The notes under the pieces were generated by a model. The model did not search any database. It was not told where the DNA came from and saw only the letters and a program-made list of their open reading frames with translations. DNA of 27,612 nt from Clostridia bacterium (GTDB taxonomy: Bacteria > Bacillota > Clostridia > UBA1381): contig JAZNPJ010000001.1 in assembly GCA_045589635.1 (NCBI GenBank), positions 1 to 27,612 of the forward strand, given 5' to 3'. Of the stretch, positions 1 to 7,615 are shown piece by piece (positions within the stretch are counted from its first letter, which is position 1; every line of letters starts with the position of its first letter). Position numbers and translations under genes: made by a program.

Positions 1-450
1 GATTTTGTGGCAGATTTAAGAGCACCAACGCCATCGGCAGCGGCAGAAATTGCAGTACCGTCAACTCTTGAGCTTGGTGCGGCAGTAGAAAATTACAAAA
101 CAAGAGCTTTAAATGCAACACTCAAACGAATAGAAAATAACAAGGTCCGTATAGGTTCTATGCGGATTAAAAACCCCACAGAGATAATAGAAGAAAATTA
201 TCAGAGAATAGATAACCTTGTAAAGCATATGGAAAACAAGCTCATGCTAAAGCTTTCTGAGGGAAGACGTGTTCTTGGCGAGAGTGCATCAAAGCTTGAT
301 GTACTAAGCCCGTTGCAGACACTATCGCGCGGATACTCAATAGCCCTTACACCAAATGGTGATGTGGTACGTACAACAAACGACCTTGCAAGTGGTGATG
401 AGTTTACCCTAAAGTTAAGAGATGGCGATGTAGAATGTTATGCTAAATAG
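1..450 (+). CDS. xseA: Exodeoxyribonuclease VII large subunit, 3' part (5' truncated by window edge)
   Basis: Frame open from base 1. DFVADLRAPTPSAAAE motif and the C-terminal LSPLQTLSRGYSI...L.DG motif typical of XseA. Confidence 0.95.
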   Translation, partial: DFVADLRAPTPSAAAEIAVPSTLELGAAVENYKTRALNATLKRIENNKVRIGSMRIKNPTEIIEENYQRIDNLVKHMENKLMLKLSEGRRVLGESASKLDVLSPLQTLSRGYSIALTPNGDVVRTTNDLASGDEFTLKLRDGDVECYAK

Positions 451-475
451 GGAATGTTAAAATTGTCCTCAACGC

Positions 476-503
476 AAAAAAGGCACATAAAGTGCCTTTT
501 TTT
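476..503. terminator. Bidirectional rho-independent terminator between convergent xseA and azlD
   Basis: AAAAAAGGCAC-ATAAA-GTGCCTTTTTTT: GC-rich stem with A-tract and T-tract on either side. Confidence 0.9.
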
Positions 504-505
504 GT

Positions 506-820
506 TTAAAAATAATTCACTATAATTCCCACAACGTACACCGTTGCACTTGCGGCAGCGGCAACTGTGCACAGGCTTTTATTTAAAAATGCAAGTATAA
601 GTGCACACACCACACCCGCTATTGCCGCAATGGGATTTTCTACCGAGTAGAAAACTGCGGGGAAGGTCATAGCACAAAGCACAGTATACGGAATATAATG
701 TAAAAATGAACGTATATACTTATTCTTAATCTGATGACGTATCAAGGCAAGCGGTAAAACGCGTATTAAATATGTAACGCCAAACATAACCAAAAGGTAA
801 ATCCAGAAATTATTATTCAT
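506..820 (-). CDS. azlD: AzlD-family branched-chain amino acid export small membrane subunit
   Basis: Hydrophobic ~104 aa protein with VTYLIRVLPL and LHYIPYTVLCAMTFP motifs, overlapping the end of azlC. Start placed at MNNNFW (820; 826 is an alternative) behind AAGGAG rather than at the ORF-track start of 868. Confidence 0.85.
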   Translation of the reverse strand: MNNNFWIYLLVMFGVTYLIRVLPLALIRHQIKNKYIRSFLHYIPYTVLCAMTFPAVFYSVENPIAAIAGVVCALILAFLNKSLCTVAAAASATVYVVGIIVNYF

Positions 821-1520
821 TTTCATCGTCTCCTTTCGGGAAAATAATCGCGCCCGCAAGTGAGGCAATAACTGCGCATATTATAATAGCAAATCCGCTT
901 GTTATAAATTTAAAACACGGAACAAAGTACAAAATACAGCTTAGTGTTATAGCAATAAGTGATACTAAAAGGACAGAAAAATCCTTCTTTGCCTCGGGCA
1001 CAACTATAGCAATAAACATTCCATAAATTGCAACCGAGAGTGCCAGACGGATATCTGTAGGCAGAAGTGCGCCAAAAAATGAACCCATTGCAGTGCCCAA
1101 CGACCAGCCTATATACGGGAGTGTGGCAAGCCCCATATAATATATGGGTGTTACGGGCCTTACTCTGCTTATGGAAACTGCAAAAATCTCGTCAGTTGTC
1201 ATATGCCCCAAAAATATGGCGTGTAATCTGCTAAAAGATTTATCAAGCTTTTGCGAGAGGGATATTCCCATAAGCGCATATCTTAAATTTATTACAAGCT
1301 GCGAGATTGCCATTTCTAAATATGTACCCGATGCCGCTATTATGCCAATGCCTGCAAACTGTCCCGCAGAGGTCAGATTTGTCATAGAAATGAGAAGTGC
1401 CTCCATAGGTGATAGCCCTGCGGCAACTGCGGCAATTCCAAAAGAAAAGGACACCGCCAGGTATCCCATGCCTATAGGCAATCCGTCTTTTAGTCCTGTT
1501 TTAAACAATAAAAATTTCAT
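813..1520 (-). CDS. azlC: AzlC-family branched-chain amino acid export permease
   Basis: GLKDGLPIGMGYLAVSFSFG, SAGQFAG, INLRY and TDEIFA motifs; multiple hydrophobic segments. Confidence 0.92.
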   Translation of the reverse strand: MKFLLFKTGLKDGLPIGMGYLAVSFSFGIAAVAAGLSPMEALLISMTNLTSAGQFAGIGIIAASGTYLEMAISQLVINLRYALMGISLSQKLDKSFSRLHAIFLGHMTTDEIFAVSISRVRPVTPIYYMGLATLPYIGWSLGTAMGSFFGALLPTDIRLALSVAIYGMFIAIVVPEAKKDFSVLLVSLIAITLSCILYFVPCFKFITSGFAIIICAVIASLAGAIIFPKGDDENE

Positions 1521-1537
1521 TTGTTATCCTCAGTTTT

Positions 1538-2407
1538 TTAATTATTTCTGCTTGCAAGATATTTTGTAAGCTCACAAAGGAAGTGAGCCTTATCACCAAA
1601 TATCGATAAAGCATTAAGTGCTTTATCGGTATGCTCACCAAGAAGAGCCTTTGCACCGTCTAGACCAAAGGTTTTTACGTATGTTGTTCTGTCCATCTCG
1701 CTGTCCGAGCCGATTGGCTTGCCCAAATCCTCTTGGGTTCCCGTAACATCTAAAATATCATCGCAAATCTGGAAAGCAATTCCAAGATGATGTGCATACT
1801 CTTCTGTGGCTTTAATCTCCTCGTCTGTTGCATCTGCAAATATTGCACCACAAACACACGAGCTTTTTATTATTGCTCCCGTTTTTAGAGAGTCTACATA
1901 TTCCAATCTCTCCTGAGACATTGCACCGTTTTCGATATCCAAAAGCTGTCCGCCAATCATACCGTCAGTACCTGATGATTTTGCAATAACACTCATTACC
2001 TTAAGTGCCTTTTTCGGATTTTTTGCACCATACTCTGCCATAACCTCAAAAGCCTTGTTAAGCAAAGCATCGCCCGTTAAAATGGCATTTGCCTCGCCGA
2101 ATTTTATGTGGCATGTGGGTTTTCCGCGACGCAGGTTATCATTATCCATTGCGGGGAGGTCGTCGTGAACAAGAGAATATGTGTGTATCATCTCCATTGC
2201 ACAGGCAAAAGGCATAGCCTCCTCAATATCTCCTCCGCACATTTTACATACCGAAAGCATAAGTACAGGTCGTAAACGTTTACCGCCTGCCATAAGTGCA
2301 TATCTCATCATTTCGTAAATATCCTTTTGCAGATTGTCCTTTGCACCGATATACACATCAAGAGAAGTATTGATTTTTTCAATCAACATATCAAGTTCTT
2401 TTTTCAC
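1538..2407 (-). CDS. ispA: Farnesyl/geranylgeranyl diphosphate synthase (polyprenyl synthetase)
   Basis: GGKRLRP, first Asp-rich motif HDDLPAMDNDNLRRGKPTCH, KTG, second motif FQICDDILD; directly downstream of xseB; GTG start. Confidence 0.95.
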   Translation of the reverse strand: MKKELDMLIEKINTSLDVYIGAKDNLQKDIYEMMRYALMAGGKRLRPVLMLSVCKMCGGDIEEAMPFACAMEMIHTYSLVHDDLPAMDNDNLRRGKPTCHIKFGEANAILTGDALLNKAFEVMAEYGAKNPKKALKVMSVIAKSSGTDGMIGGQLLDIENGAMSQERLEYVDSLKTGAIIKSSCVCGAIFADATDEEIKATEEYAHHLGIAFQICDDILDVTGTQEDLGKPIGSDSEMDRTTYVKTFGLDGAKALLGEHTDKALNALSIFGDKAHFLCELTKYLASRNN

Positions 2408-2429
2408 GTTATTTCCCCCAAAGAGATTT

Positions 2430-2639
2430 TTAGTTATTTAAATCCTCAAATTGTTGCTTTTCGCCATTTACAAGCACATTCACCTTTTTTTGTGCTTCCT
2501 CGAGCATATTATGGCAAGACTTGGAAAGCTTTATGCCCTCTTCGAAAAGCTTTAGAGAATCATCAAGCGAGCAATCGTTACCTTCTAATTTTCGTACAAT
2601 TTCTTCTAATTTTGAGATTTGTTCTTCAAATGTATTCAT
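2430..2639 (-). CDS. xseB: Exodeoxyribonuclease VII small subunit
   Basis: TFEEQISKLEEIVRKLE...SLDDSLKLFEEG..L...C...LEEAQKKV pattern; AGGAG RBS; ATG overlaps the upstream stop (ATGA at 2636-2639). Confidence 0.95.
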   Translation of the reverse strand: MNTFEEQISKLEEIVRKLEGNDCSLDDSLKLFEEGIKLSKSCHNMLEEAQKKVNVLVNGEKQQFEDLNN

Positions 2640-3859
2640 AGTTCAAAAGTCTCCTTTTTGTTAATCTCCTCAAGGGGTATTATTATTTCAGGTTCTGGTG
2701 ATTCACTAAGCTTTTGTGAGCCGATATTTATGTAAATATTTTCAGCTGTTTCCTCGGTTAATTCGGGCAGAGCCTCTCTTTTTATTATATGATATCCGTA
2801 TAGACTTTTTATGGGCTCGCTTATTTTACCTGTTTCGAGGTTAAATGCAGCCTTTTCAAATTCCTCTACCATTTCGCCTTTTGTAAACACATATCCGTCA
2901 GGGTACTGTGTCATGCCCGGGTCTTTGCCGAATTCCTTTATAAGTTTATCAAAATCTGTGCCTGCAATCGCTTCTTTATAGATAGCATTTGCGTTGGTTT
3001 CGTCTTCAACCAAAATGTGTTTTGCACATACATATTCATTTTCGTATATACCTTGCGCATCAATGCTTGTGGCAAGCTTACGAAGGACTGTGCTTTGTGC
3101 CCATAAAAAGAATTTTTCGTGAGTAAGGGCACTAAGAGCACTAAGAGACGGTGAAAACATTTCGTTGTCTGCCTCAATCCATACGCGTATTGATGTTTCG
3201 TCCGTAGGTTCGAATGGCATATATGAGAACGTGTTTGCCATTTTAGCTATGTTTTGCAAATCATTAAATGTTGTCTGGGCAGCAAGCAGTTTCATTTCAT
3301 CAGTTATTTCGTCGTAAGGAACTTCTAAATTGATGTTATTTATGTACAGGTCGTAAAGACCGCAATATTCGGCAAAAGAAATTTTTACATCTCCGCATTT
3401 AATAATTATGGGTGTATTATCAATAACAATCTGCTTTGTAGTATTTACGTAGTTTACGTTATAGCCTAAGCTTTCGCTTATAAATCTTAATGGGACAAAG
3501 GTTCTGTCGTTAACGACAACGGGTGCACAATCAAGTGTAACCTCGCTATCATTAACAAATGCAGTTTTTGAATTTATTGTAAGTATTATCTTTTTATCCC
3601 CATCAGAAATACTTACACTCTTGTCTTCTCCGTTCCACTCAACATCTGCATCAAAGCTTTGTGAAATTACACGGATTGGAACCATAGTCCTGTCATTTGC
3701 AACATATGGTGCCGCCTCAAGTGTATTTTGTGATATGAGTGTGTTTTTTTCTAAATTATAGTTTTTTTCGCCTATTGTAAATTCAATAGTTGCAGCAGTT
3801 GCTGAGATGGTTGTAACTGTTGCAGCAAATATAAAAGATAGCAGTAATTTCCTTAACAT
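2636..3859 (-). CDS. Secreted protein: copper amine oxidase N-terminal (stalk) domain plus C-terminal parvulin/PpiC peptidyl-prolyl isomerase (PrsA-like foldase)
   Basis: Signal peptide MLRKLLLSFIFAATVTTISATAA; two AP....RT.VP.R.IS..... repeats of the Cu-amine-oxidase-N domain; parvulin motifs CAKHILV, KDPG, MVEEFEKAAF, YGYHIIK. Start at 3859 has an AGGAG RBS and lies downstream of a consensus promoter. Confidence 0.85.
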   Translation of the reverse strand: MLRKLLLSFIFAATVTTISATAATIEFTIGEKNYNLEKNTLISQNTLEAAPYVANDRTMVPIRVISQSFDADVEWNGEDKSVSISDGDKKIILTINSKTAFVNDSEVTLDCAPVVVNDRTFVPLRFISESLGYNVNYVNTTKQIVIDNTPIIIKCGDVKISFAEYCGLYDLYINNINLEVPYDEITDEMKLLAAQTTFNDLQNIAKMANTFSYMPFEPTDETSIRVWIEADNEMFSPSLSALSALTHEKFFLWAQSTVLRKLATSIDAQGIYENEYVCAKHILVEDETNANAIYKEAIAGTDFDKLIKEFGKDPGMTQYPDGYVFTKGEMVEEFEKAAFNLETGKISEPIKSLYGYHIIKREALPELTEETAENIYINIGSQKLSESPEPEIIIPLEEINKKETFEL

Positions 3860-3892
3860 TGTTCTTCTCCTGGTTATAAATTTCATATAACT

Positions 3893-3921
3893 ATTATAGT
3901 ATATTCTTTGGGTATTGTCAA
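3893..3921 (-). promoter_or_regulatory. Sigma-A promoter for the foldase-xseB-ispA-azlC-azlD transcript
   Basis: Minus strand TTGACA (3921-3916), 17 nt, TATAAT (3898-3893): perfect consensus. Confidence 0.85.
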
Positions 3922-3934
3922 CCATATAATGAGC

Positions 3935-3974
3935 AAAAAAAGAGTTGTAAAAAATCATAGATTTTTTACAACTC
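3935..3974 (-). terminator. Rho-independent terminator of rpsT
   Basis: 14-bp perfect stem GAGTTGTAAAAAAT / ATTTTTTACAACTC with a 5-nt loop, followed on the minus strand by T7. Confidence 0.85.
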
Positions 3975-3992
3975 CTGTTCATTTTTAGAAAC

Positions 3993-4256
3993 TTACGCTA
4001 ATTTTGCAAGCTTTATTGCAAGTTGAGATTTCTTTCTCGCTGCTGTATTCTTATGAAGAATACCTTGCTTAACGCCCATATCGAGTTTCTTAACCGCATC
4101 GTTGAATAAAGGCTTTACATTTTCCTTATCAGCGGCCTCCACAGCTGCTTCAAACTTCTTAATAGCAGTCTTTAAAGCAGTCTTGTGCATTTGATTGATT
4201 AAAGTCTTTTTTTGTGTAACCAAAACACGTTTTTTTGCAGACTTAATATTTGGCAT
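3993..4256 (-). CDS. rpsT: 30S ribosomal protein S20
   Basis: [10 protein letters not shown]...[13 protein letters not shown] signature, 87 aa, GGAGGTG RBS. Confidence 0.98.
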   Translation of the reverse strand: MPNIKSAKKRVLVTQKKTLINQMHKTALKTAIKKFEAAVEAADKENVKPLFNDAVKKLDMGVKQGILHKNTAARKKSQLAIKLAKLA

Positions 4257-4296
4257 TTTTTTACACCTCCACGAATTTAATGTATAACACCATAAC

Positions 4297-4325
4297 AGTA
4301 TACAACATTTTAATAATAATTTCAA
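4297..4325 (-). promoter_or_regulatory. Sigma-A promoter of rpsT
   Basis: Minus strand TTGAAA, 17 nt, TATACT. Confidence 0.75.
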
Positions 4326-4404
4326 GTCTTTTTTCAAAAATTTTTTAATTTTTCCAAAGTATTATAAAAAAATGCCGATTTTATGTGTTTTTTATCTAAT
4401 ATAA

Positions 4405-5811
4405 CTAAAACGGAGTACAGGTATACATATCGCTGAAGCTTCCGTATGTTGCTATCTCACAGGTAAATGAAACATTATAGCTATCAGATACCCACTTGGG
4501 CACAGCTACCCCTTTTGGCATAAATACCAGAATATTTTTTTCGTTATCAGCATTTCTTTTGTCAAGTGGAAGTACATTTTTAAATGGTGAGCCTTGCGAG
4601 ATTTTTGGTCTGTAAATCGGTTTTTGCGGCTCATAGTACGATAAAACGCCATACAGATGTGAATCCTGATAACATACTATAGAATCGTATTGGCTTTTTG
4701 CAAGTGTCTCTTCTATAAAGCTTTCTGATGAGTTATATTCAATATCATACGTGTATATATAAGCACTGCCACAAAAGAGAATGGCAACAAGAGTTATAAG
4801 TGTTATAACTGTTTTTGATTTTATGCGTCCTAATCCTAATGCAATAACTGTGAGTACAAATGGAATTGCTGGGATTGCATATCTTTCTATAAATACGGGT
4901 CTTACCGCAAGTGAGGCAATTATTCCTATAAGGCATGTGCCAACAAATACAAAAAGAACTGTTAAAGATAAGCTAAGCCTCTTAAAATCTGTCTTTTTGA
5001 ACATTACAATAAGAGATAATACAAAAACTATTGCAAAAAACGGTATAAAAAATCGGGTATAATCTCCGCAACCGAGCCATACATTAAAAAATTCTTTTAC
5101 TGTTTTAAGTGTTATGGGTGCAATCCAGTATTCATTTGTTACTTTTTCGGAAAGCTGTCCCAAAAATGATGACATCCATGGCACATATGCAACCACAAGC
5201 GCCGCAGCAGATAAAAACCACTTCGATACTTTATATCTGTAAACTGAGGCAAGAAGAAGCATAAAGCTTATTACAAGCACCGAAACAAATGCAAAATAGT
5301 GCAAATATGCACTGAGTATTGTAAAGATGGTATATATTATCCATAAACAACGCTTATCCTCTGTAACTGCACGGTAAGCATATATACCAGAGCCAAAAAC
5401 TGCAAAGGACGCCCACGTATACATTCTTATCTCTACCGAGTATATCTGGTAAAGCGGTAATAAAAGCATAGCAGCTACAAAAATCAGTCCCTCTTTGTGG
5501 GTAAAGACTTTAGAAATGTTTCGATACCCCATTATCATTGTAAGTATAAGAGGTATAATAGAAAAGATTTTTGTAAATATAAGCTCTGTCCCAAATATCA
5601 TACAAAATATCTTTAACCCAAAGTAGTACAGAGGGGGATGTACGTCTGCAGCGGTGATTTTGCAAATGTCCGAAAAACTGTGCCCAATCATTGCAAGAGA
5701 GTATGCCTCATCATACCACACGTTGTTGTTAAAAATCAAAGAGCTATATAACAATGCGCCTAAGATTATAAATATTATAAAAGCTATGTGATAACCTATA
5801 TTCTTTTTCAT
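4405..5811 (-). CDS. GT-C fold integral-membrane glycosyltransferase (GT39/PMT_2-like)
   Basis: About 11-13 hydrophobic segments; first-loop WYDEAYS, then DVHPPLYY, EIRMY and ERY motifs typical of PMT_2/ArnT-like enzymes; soluble C-terminal domain. Confidence 0.8.
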   Translation of the reverse strand: MKKNIGYHIAFIIFIILGALLYSSLIFNNNVWYDEAYSLAMIGHSFSDICKITAADVHPPLYYFGLKIFCMIFGTELIFTKIFSIIPLILTMIMGYRNISKVFTHKEGLIFVAAMLLLPLYQIYSVEIRMYTWASFAVFGSGIYAYRAVTEDKRCLWIIYTIFTILSAYLHYFAFVSVLVISFMLLLASVYRYKVSKWFLSAAALVVAYVPWMSSFLGQLSEKVTNEYWIAPITLKTVKEFFNVWLGCGDYTRFFIPFFAIVFVLSLIVMFKKTDFKRLSLSLTVLFVFVGTCLIGIIASLAVRPVFIERYAIPAIPFVLTVIALGLGRIKSKTVITLITLVAILFCGSAYIYTYDIEYNSSESFIEETLAKSQYDSIVCYQDSHLYGVLSYYEPQKPIYRPKISQGSPFKNVLPLDKRNADNEKNILVFMPKGVAVPKWVSDSYNVSFTCEIATYGSFSDMYTCTPF

Positions 5812-5874
5812 TTATATATTTAAACTCCTATCCCGACGGTATAAACCGCAAAAATAAAATAGTTAAACATATAA

Positions 5875-5903
5875 ATTTTAACATAAAAGCCTTTGTTTGT
5901 CAA
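5875..5903 (-). promoter_or_regulatory. Sigma-A promoter of the glycosyltransferase gene
   Basis: Minus strand TTGACA, 17 nt, TG-n-TAAAAT (extended -10). Confidence 0.75.
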
Positions 5904-5960
5904 ATTTAAGGGTGTATACAATAAAAACATACCAAAAAACAACAAAAAGTTATCATAATA

Positions 5961-5989
5961 TTGACATTGTTAAAATTACGTGATAAAAT
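5961..5989 (+). promoter_or_regulatory. Sigma-A promoter of the amino-acid ABC transporter operon (divergent from the GT promoter)
   Basis: TTGACA, 17 nt, TG-n-TAAAAT; AAGGAG RBS downstream. Confidence 0.8.
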
Positions 5990-6027
5990 GTAGTAGTTAA
6001 AATATTTTTTAAAGGAGAATACATATT

Positions 6028-6849
6028 ATGAAAAAACTTTTAGTAATGGCAATGGCGGCTGTTATGGCTCTTACAATGGCAGCTTGCGGACAGGGACAAA
6101 AAACAAACGATAAGCTTGCTATAATCGATAAAGACTATCCGTCAGAGGAATACGGAATAGCTTTCAGAAAAGGCTCAGACGTTACAGAAGCAGTTAACAA
6201 TGCAATGGTTGAGCTTACAAAAGAAGGTAAGCTCGGCGAAATCGCAAGTGCATACGGACTAAACGAGTTGTTGCTTGTTGACGAAACAAATGCAAATATT
6301 TCTCAGTCAGAAATCACACTAAAAGAGCTTGACGAAATCAAGGAAAGCGGTGTTTTAAAGATAGGTTATACAATTATGAAGCCTCTTAACTACACAGACG
6401 AAGAGGGCAAGTTCGTAGGCTTTGAAACAGAATTTGCAACTGCAGTTTGCGAAAAGCTTGGTGTAGTTCCTGAATTTATAGAGATTGAATGGGCTGCAAA
6501 GGAAATTGAGCTTAACTCAAAGAATATCGACTGTATCTGGAACGGTATGACAATTACCGAAGAAAGAATGGAAAATATGTCAATAACAATGCCTTATCTT
6601 GCAAACAGACAGGTACTTGTTGTAAGAGAAGAAAATGTTGACAAGTTCAGCGCAAATCTTGACGGTGCAGTTGTTATAGCAGAGGGCGGCAGTGCTGGTG
6701 AAGAATTAGCAACAACCCAGGAGGATTTTGCAAATGCAGAGTATACAGCTGTTGCATCACAGGCAACTGCTCTTATGGACGTTGCAGCAGGCACATCTGA
6801 CGTTGCAGTTATAGACTATGTAATGGCAGGCAGCTCAATAAATAAGTAA
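6028..6849 (+). CDS. Polar amino-acid ABC transporter substrate-binding lipoprotein (SBP_bac_3 family), circularly permuted
   Basis: Lipobox MAAC at residue 20. Family motifs are present (LKIGYT..PLNY.DEEG...GFE, IDCIWNGMTITEER, PYLANRQVLVV, DVAVID, EEYGIAFRKG), but the normally C-terminal EEYGIAFRKG...AYGL block comes first. Confidence 0.9.
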   Translation: MKKLLVMAMAAVMALTMAACGQGQKTNDKLAIIDKDYPSEEYGIAFRKGSDVTEAVNNAMVELTKEGKLGEIASAYGLNELLLVDETNANISQSEITLKELDEIKESGVLKIGYTIMKPLNYTDEEGKFVGFETEFATAVCEKLGVVPEFIEIEWAAKEIELNSKNIDCIWNGMTITEERMENMSITMPYLANRQVLVVREENVDKFSANLDGAVVIAEGGSAGEELATTQEDFANAEYTAVASQATALMDVAAGTSDVAVIDYVMAGSSINK

Positions 6850-6870
6850 TTTTAAATAAATTCTTTTCTG

Positions 6871-6902
6871 ACACCGTTTTGTTCGTATGAACAAAACGGT
6901 GT
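6871..6902. other. Intercistronic hairpin after the SBP gene (mRNA stabiliser or partial terminator)
   Basis: Perfect 14-bp stem ACACCGTTTTGTTC-GTAT-GAACAAAACGGTGT without a clear U-tract. Confidence 0.7.
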
Positions 6903-6973
6903 TACGTATAATTTAATCCAAATATTGTTTGTCCAAAAGAAAAAGACTTAATTTGCGGACAGAAAGGCATAAT

Positions 6974-7612
6974 ATGAATGTATGGTTAGAGCTTTTTGAG
7001 GGCTTTAAATATAATTTAATAATATTCTTTGGTACAATAGCGGCGGCAGTCCCCCTAGGACTTTTAATAACATTTTGTTCAATGTCAAAATTTAAGCCGC
7101 TCTCTTACATATCAAAGCTTTTTGTGTGGATAATCAGAGGAACACCGCTTATGCTTCAGCTTTTTGTTGTTGCATATGCACCAGGACTTTTGTTTGACAT
7201 TCCTATGAAATCGCGAATGATGGCTACTTTTATTGCTTTTATTATAAACTATGCCGCATACTTTTCCGAAATATACAGAGGCGGAATAGAGAGCATACCA
7301 AAAGGTCAGTATGAGGCGGGTCAGGTGCTTGGTCTTACAAAAATACAGGTATTTACCAAAATTGTTCTGTTTCAGGTGGTAAAAAGAATTGTTCCGCCTA
7401 TGGGTAATGAGATTATTACACTTGTTAAGGATACGTCTTTATCAAGAATTATAGGCGTTGGAGAAATTATAATGAGTGCGGAGCGCTTTTCGAAGAACGG
7501 AGGTCTTATATGGCCATTGTTCTCGACGGGATTATTCTTCCTTGCAATGGGTGGAATATTAACCGTTCTTTTTAGTAAAATCGAAAAGAAAATGAGCTAT
7601 TATGACGCATAA
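6974..7612 (+). CDS. Polar amino-acid ABC transporter permease (HisM/GlnP family)
   Basis: IRGTPLMLQLF, NYAAYFSEIYRGGIESIPKGQYEAGQVLG (EAA motif), KDTSL. Start at ATG 6974, 6 nt after AAAGG. Confidence 0.93.
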   Translation: MNVWLELFEGFKYNLIIFFGTIAAAVPLGLLITFCSMSKFKPLSYISKLFVWIIRGTPLMLQLFVVAYAPGLLFDIPMKSRMMATFIAFIINYAAYFSEIYRGGIESIPKGQYEAGQVLGLTKIQVFTKIVLFQVVKRIVPPMGNEIITLVKDTSLSRIIGVGEIIMSAERFSKNGGLIWPLFSTGLFFLAMGGILTVLFSKIEKKMSYYDA

Positions 7613-7615
7613 AGG

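Noticed and set aside
451-2660. Recombinase-driven invertible switch around xseB-azlD
   Set aside because: No inverted repeats at the putative breakpoints and no recombinase in the window; xseB is well integrated with its upstream gene.
3860-4337. Longer N-terminal extensions in the ORF track for the foldase (3982) and rpsT (4337)
   Set aside because: The extensions run through terminator and promoter elements; better RBS-backed starts exist at 3859 and 4256. The same reasoning applies to uppS (19149), cdsA (19918), the permease (6929) and the ATPase (7700).
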